Shown: positions 26,436-36,176 of the stretch, piece after piece
Layout: every line of letters begins with the position of its first letter
Position numbering within the stretch: the stretch's first letter is position 1
Assembly (NCBI GenBank): GCA_019752595.1
Contig: JAIELV010000001.1
Span: 184,486-248,485 of the forward strand
DNA: 64,000 bases
Reading direction: 5' to 3'
Origin: Patescibacteria group bacterium
GTDB taxonomy: Bacteria > Patescibacteriota > Minisyncoccia > Phycocordibacterales > Phycocordibacteraceae
Translations under genes and position numbers: made by a program
The notes under the pieces: generated by a model
Told to the model about the DNA's origin: nothing
What the model saw: only the letters and a program-made list of their open reading frames with translations
Databases searched by the model: none

Positions 26436-27841
26436 GATGATATAACCAAACGAGGTTTTTTACCTGAAATCTGGAGGAGCGCCTTCTTTTCAAAGCGGGT
26501 CTCCGTACTTACTGTACCGCGTTTTTTGAGGCGTATTCGGGGAACGGCTGCACTTCCTATTCGGTCGTAAAGTTGCTTAAACTCAGAACTTACAGTGAGA
26601 AGTTTTTCCGTTATTTTCGTTGCAATCTTTACTTCCATTTCTTTAGTCGCCCGTACCTTTTCTTTCAGTTCGACGTCAATAATGAGTTCTTCAGAGTATG
26701 CCCCTTTACGCTTTCTGGTATATGCAAAATAGGAGCCAGTGCTGACCCCGTGCGGAATGCCAGAAGCTATCTGATCAGGATATATGTTGAGGGCGTACAG
26801 AGTAACGGCAACATCCGTTCTTCCGCTTATAGTGACCGCAGGAAGACGATCCCACACGGCCTTCTTGCTTCGCTTTTCAATCACTGCGAGCGCGCCTGGA
26901 GCGAATACGCTTCCTGTGTCGTGGATGTTGTAGCGAACCAACGGAATCGGCATATGTTTGGTAATCAGAAGTTCTTCCCCGCTTTCCTCTATATAGAGTG
27001 AGTCAGGCAAATACTGATAGATACCCCCTTGCTTCTCATCCTTCCCAAACAATTTTGAGTAGAGAGCCTTGTCAGTCCTCGCTTTACGACGCAAACGTAT
27101 AGTTGCAGGTGTTTCAAATGCCATTGAGCCTGCGTCCGCGGAACCGTAGAGGCTGATTATTCTTTCATACGAAGTCGGCTTGCCGATAAGTTTTGCAGCT
27201 TCGTCGCGCCATTCTTCAGAGAATTTATCGCCTGCCGTCAGAAGAAATAGCGAGCGGTGCATCTCCGTGTCGGTCGTCTTAAGCTCGCGAAGAAAATCCA
27301 TAACGTACGGTGGATACCCCGCTATAACAACGTGCCTGAAAAGGTGTACTGAATTTTTGTACGCAATCAGACCGTCCTTGCGGTCGATTCCTGGGGTAGC
27401 AACGGTGATATTGAAACCATCTTTTCGTAGTTCGCGCACGGCGTCTGCGGTAAAAAGACCCGCAACCCAGAGGCCCATTGAAAATGTGATGAGAACCAAG
27501 GTTGGCTCGTTCGGCTTTATTCCGTAAATTTTTTCAATAATGTATCGGTGCAGCGCTGCGCCCTCTGCGAGTGTTTGTTCGTCTCTAAACCAAACCGAAG
27601 GCTTGCCCGATGAGCCAGAGCTCACGTATGTTACTGCTCCTGCAGATTCATCCTGCAAAAGGTCATCCGCAGCGTACTTCTTTATGAAAGATTCTTTTGA
27701 GGTTACGGGTAGTTTAAAAAATGTTGCACTCGATACTTTTTTCGGCACGGTTCCCGTCATTTTTTTTACATACCTCTTATACGCAAGGGAGTGCTTCAGA
27801 GCCTTCTCAGCAACGCTACAGATTTTTCTAGAAGGTTTCAT
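26432..27841 (-). CDS. PaaK/coenzyme-F390-synthetase-like adenylate-forming ligase
   Basis: ANL P-loop YVSSGSSGKPSVW, A8-like YNIHDTG, 469 aa. Confidence 0.6.
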   Translation of the reverse strand: MKPSRKICSVAEKALKHSLAYKRYVKKMTGTVPKKVSSATFFKLPVTSKESFIKKYAADDLLQDESAGAVTYVSSGSSGKPSVWFRDEQTLAEGAALHRYIIEKIYGIKPNEPTLVLITFSMGLWVAGLFTADAVRELRKDGFNITVATPGIDRKDGLIAYKNSVHLFRHVVIAGYPPYVMDFLRELKTTDTEMHRSLFLLTAGDKFSEEWRDEAAKLIGKPTSYERIISLYGSADAGSMAFETPATIRLRRKARTDKALYSKLFGKDEKQGGIYQYLPDSLYIEESGEELLITKHMPIPLVRYNIHDTGSVFAPGALAVIEKRSKKAVWDRLPAVTISGRTDVAVTLYALNIYPDQIASGIPHGVSTGSYFAYTRKRKGAYSEELIIDVELKEKVRATKEMEVKIATKITEKLLTVSSEFKQLYDRIGSAAVPRIRLKKRGTVSTETRFEKKALLQISGKKPRLVISS

Positions 27842-28947
27842 GCGTGCTTCGGATTCTTTACCAAACTTTCTAAAGTATAGCTGTAACGACCTGAAGGTAC
27901 CGATTGCCCCGAAAGTATCTGGCGTGCCGTATACGCGACCGCAGCCCCCGCAAAGGCTGCTGAGGCGCCCAGCTGAGGTATTGAAGGAATGGTTTTACCA
28001 AGCTCCCCTATTGAAAAACGCATCGATTCTTCAAGCTCGTTTATACCCACTATGGCGTTGGCTAACTTCAACCACTCTTCGTAGCTTAAGTTTTTAAGTG
28101 TGTCAGGATCTACGTCGGTTCCAGGAAGATTGTAAAAAAGAGGTCGTTCTGGCTCAAGATCAAAGCGTTCAATGTCGAGAATAATGCCGTTACCGTTGTC
28201 GGTTGCCATGATGACGGGAATTTTTTCCCGCTTTGCAATCTGGCGCATGCGTATTTTGAATTCAATGGATTCTACCTCGTCTATGAGGAGGTCTAGCTTT
28301 GGAGAGCACATAAACGCTTCTATGTTTTCTGAGGTAACACCGTTTTCAAAAAGTTCGACGTTTGTGTAGGGGTCTAATTCCCACACTGCGCGGGCGGCGG
28401 TTTCAGTTTTCGGTTGAAGTATGTCGGGAAGACCCGCGCGAAGGCGATTCAGATTTGTTGTCTCAACGACATCCATGTCAGCTATCTTTATGTTTTTTGG
28501 ACCGCCCGATTGCACGAGGGCATTCAAAATTGCCGAGCCTACCGAGAGGCCTGCAACCGCTACGGTACCCGCACGGAACTTTTCTTGAACCTCTTTCGTG
28601 ATGAGGTGTTTGTTTCTGGCGGTCCTGAGTTCAAAGTATTCCGCCTCAGGCAAGGAACGTACCGCCCTTTTCAACCAGGGGTAAAAAATGAATACCGAAG
28701 TAATGTTTTTTTCGGCAACAAATGCTGTGCGTGCCCTTTCGAACTCTGGAGTGCCTTTTTTCGTGCCTGGATTACGGATAGAAAAAAGCTCTCCGCGCAT
28801 TGATGCGGTCGCATCAACAATTTCCGTACCTTTTGGTATATCTTTTTCTTCCTTGAATATCTGAGGCGCGTTTACCGCGTCGAACGAGGAAGAAAACGAG
28901 CGTTCACGTTCGTTTTTTCCAAGTGATGATGAGGAAAGACCTACCAT
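27838..28947 (-). CDS. E1-like (ThiF/MoeB/HesA-family) adenylyltransferase with ~120-aa N-terminal extension
   Basis: Rossmann VAVAGLSVGSAI and E1 signature DMDVVETTNLNRL. Confidence 0.7.
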   Translation of the reverse strand: MVGLSSSSLGKNERERSFSSSFDAVNAPQIFKEEKDIPKGTEIVDATASMRGELFSIRNPGTKKGTPEFERARTAFVAEKNITSVFIFYPWLKRAVRSLPEAEYFELRTARNKHLITKEVQEKFRAGTVAVAGLSVGSAILNALVQSGGPKNIKIADMDVVETTNLNRLRAGLPDILQPKTETAARAVWELDPYTNVELFENGVTSENIEAFMCSPKLDLLIDEVESIEFKIRMRQIAKREKIPVIMATDNGNGIILDIERFDLEPERPLFYNLPGTDVDPDTLKNLSYEEWLKLANAIVGINELEESMRFSIGELGKTIPSIPQLGASAAFAGAAVAYTARQILSGQSVPSGRYSYTLESLVKNPKHA

Positions 28948-30515
28948 GCGTCACCGTGTCCGTTTTGGATGGTTTTTATAAGGTTATTCAACTCTCCCGA
29001 GAACGAACGGTCTTCAATAACCACAGGTACTTCTTTTCGCACTTTCTCGTAAAGCTCGCGGCTCTTCACTGACAAACGAGCAGATGATTTTAGAACATCG
29101 GTTGCTTGTGCGAGTGTTATGAGTTCAATGGCTATCACGACAAACGCGTTCTCAATCGCTTTTGCAGCTATGAGCGCGGCGTCGGTACCCATTGAAACAA
29201 CGTCTTGGTTGTCAGCGTTCGTGGAGATTGAATGCAGTGAGTGCGGGTAGCCCATCGACTGACTGTCAGCCGTGGTTGACGTCGCTACGAACTGGAGGCC
29301 CTGCAAACCAAGTGTGAGTCCAGGTTGCTTCAGGTTCAAGAACGGTGGGAATGTTTGGTTTACATTTCGGTTCAAAAAGAAGTTGATTCTTCTCTCCGAA
29401 AGCATGGTGGTCTTAATCATTCCGATTTTCAGCTGGTCAACAGCAGCGGCGATGTATTCACCGTGGAAGTTACCACCGTGAATAAACTGTTTTTCCTTAA
29501 GGTCGATGATGGGGTTGTCGGTAACGGAGTTAAGCTCAACCGTTACATCCCCACGAGCTTTCTGAACAATGTCATACACAGGGCCTAAAATTTGAGGCAC
29601 ACAACGGAATGAATAGACATCCTGAATATGTTCAGGGGTCACATAGACGTTATCAATAACATGTACACGTGATTGAAGATCCTCTCTGTTCGTAAGCAAT
29701 TTCGAGGTTGCAACAATTTCGCGTAAACGACGCGCAACTTCGCGCTGACCCACGTGTGGACGGACAGCCGAAAGGCCGTCTGAGATAGCGTCGCTGATAC
29801 CGTTCACGAGCTCGAATGAAAGTGCGCTTGTCTGAATCGCCAAATCAAGCACTTTCGTAGCGCGGTACACGAGAAGTGCGCTGATACCTGTCATGAACGA
29901 GGTGCCGTTAATCAACGAGAGTCCTTCTTTTGGCAACAAGCGGTGTGGCTTGATGCGGAGTTTCTTCAGGACGCCTTTGGTTGGCTGGCGCTTTCCTTTA
30001 TAGAAAACTTCCCCTTCGCCTATGAGCGCGAGCGCAATGTGGGCAAGCTGAACCAAGTCGCCAGAGGTGCCTACAGCACCGTGACGCGGGACTATAGGAA
30101 TGATTCGGTGATTGATGAAGGATGCGAGGTGGTTGACCAGTGCTTCTGAGATACCCGAATGCCCCTTCACCATAGAGTTGAGGCGGTCCACCATTGCCGC
30201 AAGCACGAAATCTTCCTCGACTGGTTTTCCTGCGCCTACCGCATGGCTTCTGATGAGGTTGTACTGAAGTTCCTCAAGCTGGCTCTTGCCGATAATGTGC
30301 GATGCCATGGGACCGAATCCTGTAGTGATTCCGTACAAAACCTTCTTGTCCATTTCTTTAATTAAAAAGGCATTCGCGTCATGCACGCGCTTCATTGCCT
30401 CATGTGAGATGCTTACTTTAACTTTCGGATTCGCTACGACCTGATTTACTTTCTCAGGCGTAAGAGAGTTTCCGTCGAGCACTACAACAAGACCTTTCTG
30501 TGGTTTAGAAGACAT
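28941..30515 (-). CDS. MIO-dependent ammonia-lyase/aminomutase family protein (HAL/PAL/TAL-like)
   Basis: YGITTGFG, RSHAVGAG, GAVGTSGDLVQLAH (MIO triad as Thr-Ser-Gly), 524 aa. Confidence 0.8.
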   Translation of the reverse strand: MSSKPQKGLVVVLDGNSLTPEKVNQVVANPKVKVSISHEAMKRVHDANAFLIKEMDKKVLYGITTGFGPMASHIIGKSQLEELQYNLIRSHAVGAGKPVEEDFVLAAMVDRLNSMVKGHSGISEALVNHLASFINHRIIPIVPRHGAVGTSGDLVQLAHIALALIGEGEVFYKGKRQPTKGVLKKLRIKPHRLLPKEGLSLINGTSFMTGISALLVYRATKVLDLAIQTSALSFELVNGISDAISDGLSAVRPHVGQREVARRLREIVATSKLLTNREDLQSRVHVIDNVYVTPEHIQDVYSFRCVPQILGPVYDIVQKARGDVTVELNSVTDNPIIDLKEKQFIHGGNFHGEYIAAAVDQLKIGMIKTTMLSERRINFFLNRNVNQTFPPFLNLKQPGLTLGLQGLQFVATSTTADSQSMGYPHSLHSISTNADNQDVVSMGTDAALIAAKAIENAFVVIAIELITLAQATDVLKSSARLSVKSRELYEKVRKEVPVVIEDRSFSGELNNLIKTIQNGHGDAW

Positions 30516-30525
30516 ACATTAATTA

Positions 30526-31035
30526 TTATCTACCAAAAAAGAATAGACCGGCTAAAGGCGCTACGAGCCACCAGAAAAACATTTCTGGAGAGGCAAAGAG
30601 CGCAAGAGTAGGGGCACTGAACGTGTAGATCGTCTGCACAGGAAGCACGTGAATACTGATAGCAAGAATCAAGCCCGCAGTAACCCCTGAGAGGATTGCA
30701 GTCCCTAGGAAACTTGAGGTTGAGCGTGCAAGGAAAAAGGAGAGACCTGAAAACGCGAGTAGCGATACAAGTGTAAAACCCACAAAGACACCGATTTGGA
30801 TGTAGGCGTTATCTGCTGGAAATAGTGAGCCATAAGGGAAGGCTCTGTAGAGGACGATACCCGCATAGAGGGCTGCAATAAGAGAAATGAGGCGGTCGCG
30901 ACCGAAGTAGAACGCGATGGTTGCTATGGCGCCTGCAACGACAATGAAGGCAAAAAAATCAGCCCCAAACGCGATGACGTAATCAAGCGCTGCTTTGAGG
31001 GGCTCTGCAATACCAGGGTTCCCCAGCAAATCCAT
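30526..31035 (-). CDS. hypothetical polytopic membrane protein (169 aa)
   Basis: 4-5 TM segments; 10 nt upstream of the lyase gene. Confidence 0.4.
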   Translation of the reverse strand: MDLLGNPGIAEPLKAALDYVIAFGADFFAFIVVAGAIATIAFYFGRDRLISLIAALYAGIVLYRAFPYGSLFPADNAYIQIGVFVGFTLVSLLAFSGLSFFLARSTSSFLGTAILSGVTAGLILAISIHVLPVQTIYTFSAPTLALFASPEMFFWWLVAPLAGLFFFGR

Positions 31036-31071
31036 ATGGGGCTATAGTAGCACACAAGGAATACCAAAAGT

Positions 31072-32139
31072 CTATATCCCCTCCTTCTTCAGCTTCTCCA
31101 AGAGCTCCTTTGCTTCCTTTGAAAGTTTCTGTGGGAACTCGACTTTTACGCGAATCAACAAGTCACCGCGTTTTGAACGGTCCATGGGCACACCCTTCCC
31201 TTTCACTCTCAGTATTTCGTCAGTTGAGCGAAGCGGGGGCACATTAATGGTTACTTCACCATCCAATGTGTCGAGTTTGTACTCAGAACCGATGAGTGCG
31301 TCGGTAATTTTGACAGGCAAATCGGTCACGATGTTGTAGCCCTCTTTACGGAATTTTCTGTCAGGGCGTACGTGTACTTTGACGTACAAATCTCCTGGCC
31401 CGCCTGCTGAAACTGCTTCACCCAAACCACCCATTCTGATTACTTGACCACTGTCGATACCCGCGGGTACTTGCACCGTAATCTCTTCTTCTTTTCTCTC
31501 TACACCCTGACCGCGGCACATAGTGCATGGCTTTTCAGGCACCACGCGCCTTCCTTTGCAGGTCTGGCAGGTAGTAGATACGGAAAATACACCGAACGGA
31601 GAACGGCGTGATTCAACAACCTGCCCTTTGCCGTTACAGGTGGCGCAGGTCTTTGTTTTTGTGTTTGGTTCCGCTCCACTTCCAGTGCAGCGCTCGCACG
31701 TGCTGTCCTTGGTGATAAGCACTTTGCGGGTGACACCAAAGATTGATTCTTTGAACGAAAGTTCTATATCAATAGAGATGTCCCGACCACGATGCGAGCG
31801 CCCACCGCCCCCAAAAATGTCATTAAAGCCACCGAATATGTCGTTGAGATCTATATCAAATTCAACTCCATTTTGGCCACCGAAACCTGAGAAATCAAAA
31901 CCCTCCGCACCTCCTGCACCGCCTCCGCCTGAGAACACGCGTCCGTATGAGTCGTACTCTGCGCGTTTCTTATCATCAGAAAGAACCGTATACGCTTCGC
32001 TTACCTCTTTGAACTTTGCCTCGTCGCCTCCTTTTTTGTCAGGATGATACTTATGAGCCAGCGTTCGAAACGCTTTTTTTATATCTTCCTTTGTTGCTTT
32101 CTTTTCAACGCCGAGAATTTGATAGTAGTCCTTGCTCAT
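31072..32139 (-). CDS. dnaJ: chaperone DnaJ
   Basis: J-domain with HPD. G/F region. Four CxxCxGxG repeats. Confidence 0.9.
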   Translation of the reverse strand: MSKDYYQILGVEKKATKEDIKKAFRTLAHKYHPDKKGGDEAKFKEVSEAYTVLSDDKKRAEYDSYGRVFSGGGGAGGAEGFDFSGFGGQNGVEFDIDLNDIFGGFNDIFGGGGRSHRGRDISIDIELSFKESIFGVTRKVLITKDSTCERCTGSGAEPNTKTKTCATCNGKGQVVESRRSPFGVFSVSTTCQTCKGRRVVPEKPCTMCRGQGVERKEEEITVQVPAGIDSGQVIRMGGLGEAVSAGGPGDLYVKVHVRPDRKFRKEGYNIVTDLPVKITDALIGSEYKLDTLDGEVTINVPPLRSTDEILRVKGKGVPMDRSKRGDLLIRVKVEFPQKLSKEAKELLEKLKKEGI

Positions 32140-32185
32140 AGTGTATCCATACTACTCTAAAACTGAAAACCGCCAAACAGGTGAG

Positions 32186-32494
32186 TTATTTTTCAACCGT
32201 GAACCGACTTGGGCGCGCCGTGTAAACCTTCTCGTACCCGTCCTCGAATGTTTTTAGCGCCCGCACTTTTGCAAGGTCAGTGAAGCCTATGACCACGCAT
32301 CCAGTAATGGGGGTTTTGCTGGCGAAGCCGCCATTATTTGTTGGGTTAAAGTAGGACACTTTAGCCCCAACTTGGATATCTCGTAATCTAAGCTCACGCG
32401 TATTACTAATTCGTTCAGAATCCTGCTGTGGCGTAAGACGGCGATTCGTCTCCGTCGGAAGCCCAACAAATATATAGTCTCGCTCTACGTTCAT
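32186..32494 (-). CDS. hypothetical protein (102 aa) inserted between dnaK and dnaJ
   Basis: ORF overlaps the dnaK stop by 4 nt. Confidence 0.4.
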   Translation of the reverse strand: MNVERDYIFVGLPTETNRRLTPQQDSERISNTRELRLRDIQVGAKVSYFNPTNNGGFASKTPITGCVVIGFTDLAKVRALKTFEDGYEKVYTARPSRFTVEK

Positions 32495-34353
32495 ACGTCA
32501 GTGACGTTTCCCTCAGGTGCTGTACCTGCTTCAGGTGGTTTTTCGTCTTTCTTTTCCTCCTGCATGTACTGGCCAATTTTCTGCATCTCAGTTGAGAGTG
32601 CCTGTGTTGTTGATTTAATACCTTCTACATCCCCCGTATCGCGTCTTTCTTTCGCGGCAGTGATTGCAGTTTGAACGCCTGTTTTTACATCCTCAGGGAT
32701 TTTTGCACCGTGGTCTACGAGGGCTTTTTCTGCTGTGTAGATTGCTTGGTCTGCAAAGTTTCGCACCTCAACAAGCTCTTTTGCGCTCTTGTCTTTATCC
32801 GCATTCATTTCTGCGTCTTTTTTCATGCGTTCGATATCTGCATCCGTAAGGCCAGAACGCGCCTCAATCTTGATGGTCTGCTCTTTACCTGTCGCTTTGT
32901 CTTTTGCAGTTACTTTCAAAATGCCGTTCGCGTCGACATCAAATGTGACTTCTACTTGTGGCATACCGCGTGGCGCTGGTGGAATACCCTCGAGGATGAA
33001 TCGTCCGAGTGATTTGTTATCGTTTGCCATTGCGCGCTCGCCTTGAACCACATGCACCTCCACCGATGTCTGATTGTCTGCTGCTGTTGAGAATGTCTGA
33101 CCTTTTGCAGTCGGGATAGTGGTGTTCTTTTCAATAAGTTTCGTAGCCACACCTCCCATGGTTTCAATACCAAGTGAGAGCGGAATAACATCCAAGAGAA
33201 GAACATCTTTCACATCGCCCTGCAAGATTCCTCCCTGAATAGCGGCACCGAGCGCGACTACTTCGTCGGGGTTTACACCGAGGTGTGGTTCTTTTCCGAA
33301 GTAATCCTTTACCGCTTTCTGAATCATTGGCATTCGTGTCTGACCGCCAACCAAAATGACTTCATTAATTTCACCAATCTTAAAAGGCGAGGCCTCCATC
33401 GCGCGCTTGGTGATTGCCATTGAGCGCGCCACAAACTCGTCTGTGAGTTCTTCTAGTTTTGCGCGTGAGAGCGTCAAAAGGAGATGTTTCGGCCCTGAAG
33501 CGTCTGAGGTAATGAAGGGAATGTTAATTTCAGATTGAACGGCGCTTGAAAGTTCAATCTTCGCCTTTTCAGCTGCTTCGTCCAATCGCTGTCGCGCCAA
33601 TGGATCACCCATGATGTCGATACCCGATTCTTTTTTGAATTCGTCGGCAATCCACTGAATGATTTTTTGATCGATGTCACGACCACCAAGGTGCGAGTCG
33701 CCGTCCGTCGATTTCACTTCAATAACGTCATCCCCCACTTCAAGAATGGAAATATCGAATGTTCCCCCGCCGAAGTCGTAGACTGCAATTTTTTCATTTT
33801 TCTTTTTATCAAAACCGTATGCAAGCGCGGCTGCAGTTGGTTCATTAATGATGCGCTTCACATCGAGGCCTGCAATTTTACCCGCATCTTTTGTAGCTTG
33901 CCTCTGAGAGTCGTTGAAGTATGCAGGGACAGTAATCACGGCTTCAGTAATCGGTTCACCCAGGCGGGCTTCTGCGTCTGCCTTCAACTTCTGTAGAATC
34001 ATTGCTGAAACTTCCTCAGGGCGATAATTTTTATCACCCATTTTCACCTCAATACCGCCATTCGCGCTTTTGAGGAGTTCGTACGCCAGTGCAGATTTAT
34101 CTTTCTGCACCGCTTGTTCGTCAAATGTGTGCCCGATAAATCGCTTTATCTGATAGACAGTGTTTTTCGGATTTGTGACTGCCTGACGCTTTGCGAGAAG
34201 TCCAGCGAGGCGTTCTCCTGTCTTTGAGACAGCGACTACCGAAGGCGTCGTACGATTTCCCTCCGCATTTTCAATGATGCGCGGTTCGCCGCCTTCGACA
34301 ATAGCCATCGCCGAATTTGTAGTGCCCAAGTCAATACCAAGAATTTTTCCCAT
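32491..34353 (-). CDS. dnaK: chaperone DnaK (Hsp70)
   Basis: [17 protein letters not shown], 620 aa. Confidence 0.95.
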   Translation of the reverse strand: MGKILGIDLGTTNSAMAIVEGGEPRIIENAEGNRTTPSVVAVSKTGERLAGLLAKRQAVTNPKNTVYQIKRFIGHTFDEQAVQKDKSALAYELLKSANGGIEVKMGDKNYRPEEVSAMILQKLKADAEARLGEPITEAVITVPAYFNDSQRQATKDAGKIAGLDVKRIINEPTAAALAYGFDKKKNEKIAVYDFGGGTFDISILEVGDDVIEVKSTDGDSHLGGRDIDQKIIQWIADEFKKESGIDIMGDPLARQRLDEAAEKAKIELSSAVQSEINIPFITSDASGPKHLLLTLSRAKLEELTDEFVARSMAITKRAMEASPFKIGEINEVILVGGQTRMPMIQKAVKDYFGKEPHLGVNPDEVVALGAAIQGGILQGDVKDVLLLDVIPLSLGIETMGGVATKLIEKNTTIPTAKGQTFSTAADNQTSVEVHVVQGERAMANDNKSLGRFILEGIPPAPRGMPQVEVTFDVDANGILKVTAKDKATGKEQTIKIEARSGLTDADIERMKKDAEMNADKDKSAKELVEVRNFADQAIYTAEKALVDHGAKIPEDVKTGVQTAITAAKERRDTGDVEGIKSTTQALSTEMQKIGQYMQEEKKDEKPPEAGTAPEGNVTDV

Positions 34354-34365
34354 AGTTATTTCTAT

Positions 34366-34890
34366 TTATTTTTGATAATGCGCGACCGCAATGCGTGCCG
34401 GTCGGATGATGCGCCCGTTAAGGGAGTACCCTTTCTGGTGCACCTTGGTAACTCTATTATCCTCCTCTAGGGTTTCAACTGCAAGTGTTTCGACAGGTTC
34501 ATGAAGCGCGGGATCAAAGACCTCTCCTGTTTCACCGAATGAGCTGACGCCGTTTTCGGCAAAAACCTTTTCAAGTTGCGTTTTGATATTTTTTATACCT
34601 TCAATCTCGCCACCTCCGTGCTGGAGTGCCATCTCCAAGGCATCCATGACAGGCAAAAGCTCTGCCACCACTGATTCAGCCGCAAAGCGAGCCATACTCT
34701 TACCGTCTTCTTCGAAACGCTTTCGGGCGTTTATGTAGTCCGCCTTCATTCTTTGAAGAGAATCCAGATATTCGTCACGCTCTTTCTGAGTTTTTTTGAG
34801 CTTCTCACGCAAATCGGCGAGCTTCTGAGCACCAGTTTGGGTATTACCCTCCCCGTCTTCAGCCTCAAGTGTTACATCGTCTTCGTTCAT
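34366..34890 (-). CDS. grpE: nucleotide exchange factor GrpE
   Basis: Coiled-coil N-terminus plus the GrpE C-terminal beta-domain pattern. Confidence 0.85.
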   Translation of the reverse strand: MNEDDVTLEAEDGEGNTQTGAQKLADLREKLKKTQKERDEYLDSLQRMKADYINARKRFEEDGKSMARFAAESVVAELLPVMDALEMALQHGGGEIEGIKNIKTQLEKVFAENGVSSFGETGEVFDPALHEPVETLAVETLEEDNRVTKVHQKGYSLNGRIIRPARIAVAHYQK

Positions 34891-35073
34891 AGGGATTCTA
34901 TTTTACAAAACGTGTACAGTGGTCGTCAAAATTATCAAGATAACGCTTCGGTCACAACTCTCGTCATGCCGTCGCACTCCTCGGTCGCGACCCCGCCTCG
35001 TCCGTTTTCTGAAACAGAAAACATGACTCTGGCCGTCGAAACTGCTATCTAAAAACAAGCAGTTGTTTTTAGA

Positions 35074-35466
35074 TTAGCGTTTCGACCAAGATGGTCTCTT
35101 GCGGGCCTTGAGGAGCCCTGGTTTCTTGCGTTCAACAGCTCTTGGATCGCGCTTCAAGTACCCCGCAGCTTTCAATACACCTCTTTTCGAGGCGTCATGA
35201 GCAAGAATTGCGCGGGCAATGCCGTGCCTTAATGCGTCAGATTGACCTGAAATACCACCTCCCGAAAGGAGGGCGGTGATAGTGAATTTGTCTTCAGATT
35301 CTTTGAGTGGCAAAAGCGCGTTGTCGGCCTGCTCTTTGATTGGGAAGAAATCTGCAATGGTTTTACCGTTTACAGTGATCGACTGCTTTGCAGAAGGTGT
35401 AAGGCGGACGCGTGCTTTTGCGGTTTTTCTTCGGCCAATAGCTTCAATGTAGCGTGCTGTACTCAT
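35074..35466 (-). CDS. rpsI: 30S ribosomal protein S9
   Basis: GGGISGQSDALRHGIARAL...C-terminal KARKRPSWSKR. Confidence 0.9.
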   Translation of the reverse strand: MSTARYIEAIGRRKTAKARVRLTPSAKQSITVNGKTIADFFPIKEQADNALLPLKESEDKFTITALLSGGGISGQSDALRHGIARAILAHDASKRGVLKAAGYLKRDPRAVERKKPGLLKARKRPSWSKR

Positions 35467-35468
35467 AG

Positions 35469-35813
35469 TTATTCGGTAATGTTGAGGTTTTTAAGCATTC
35501 CAGGGCGGAGTTTGTTGTTTGGAATCATACCGCGTACTGCGCGTCGTACTACTTCTTTGACACCAAGACGAGTGGTGACTGCTTCGTCGGATTCAAATTT
35601 TTGACTTCCTGGGTAGCCTGAGAAACGAATGTGGCGCTTTTCTTTTGTCTTTGCTTCAGTACGGCTTATTTTGCCAACATTAATGATTGAAACTTTTACT
35701 GCAGGAGCTTTGTGACGAGCGAATGTAGCAAGGTTCTTACCCATCAAAATAGAAGCTGCTTGAGAAGCAATGCGCCCGAGTTTCTTTCCTTTTGCGTCAA
35801 TAGTGTGTTCCAT
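35469..35813 (-). CDS. rplM: 50S ribosomal protein L13 (start set at MEHTIDAKGKKLGRIAS)
   Basis: L13 N-terminal LGRIASQAA pattern. The longer ORF would overlap rplQ by 47 nt. Confidence 0.85.
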   Translation of the reverse strand: MEHTIDAKGKKLGRIASQAASILMGKNLATFARHKAPAVKVSIINVGKISRTEAKTKEKRHIRFSGYPGSQKFESDEAVTTRLGVKEVVRRAVRGMIPNNKLRPGMLKNLNITE

Positions 35814-35817
35814 ATGT

Positions 35818-36174
35818 TTATACAACGAATTCAATAACCGCGCTCTGTCTTCCGTCGGATGCACGCTTTACCACTTTCGTGATGCGGAGGTATCCACCTT
35901 TTCGGTCTTTGTATCGAGGTGCCAACACTTCAATCAATTTCTTAGCGGTCGAAGTTCTACCACCTAATGTTGAGATAAGGTCACGACGTACCGCAAGCGT
36001 GCCTTTCTTTGCCTTCGTAATCATCGATTCAACAATCGGGCGAAGTTCTTTTGCGCGCGCTTCAGTAGTCAAAATCTTCTCACGAGACACAAGCGCTTCA
36101 ACCAATGAAGATTTGAGGGCCGTACGTACGTCCTTTGTTCTACCGAATTTTCTTCCTATTTTCGAGTGCCTCAT
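35818..36174 (-). CDS. rplQ: 50S ribosomal protein L17
   Basis: MRHSKIGRKFGRT...EKILTTEARAKELRP. Confidence 0.9.
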   Translation of the reverse strand: MRHSKIGRKFGRTKDVRTALKSSLVEALVSREKILTTEARAKELRPIVESMITKAKKGTLAVRRDLISTLGGRTSTAKKLIEVLAPRYKDRKGGYLRITKVVKRASDGRQSAVIEFVV

Positions 36175-36176
36175 AG

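Noticed and set aside
27838-28947. E1-like protein as MoeB/ThiF of molybdopterin or thiamine biosynthesis
   Set aside because: No MoaD/ThiS-like small GG-terminated ORF and no moa/thi genes in the vicinity. The ~120-aa N-terminal extension and operon context argue for another role. Cannot be fully excluded.
28941-30515. Ammonia-lyase homolog as HutH of the histidine-utilisation pathway
   Set aside because: No hutU, hutI or hutG nearby. It is embedded by overlapping start/stop codons in an operon with E1-like, ligase and nitroreductase genes.
34891-35073. CIRCE (TTAGCACTC-N9-GAGTGCTAA) heat-shock operator upstream of grpE
   Set aside because: No CIRCE-like inverted repeat present. Only a short TTTTCTG-aaa-CAGAAAA palindrome and an AT-rich hairpin after rpsI.
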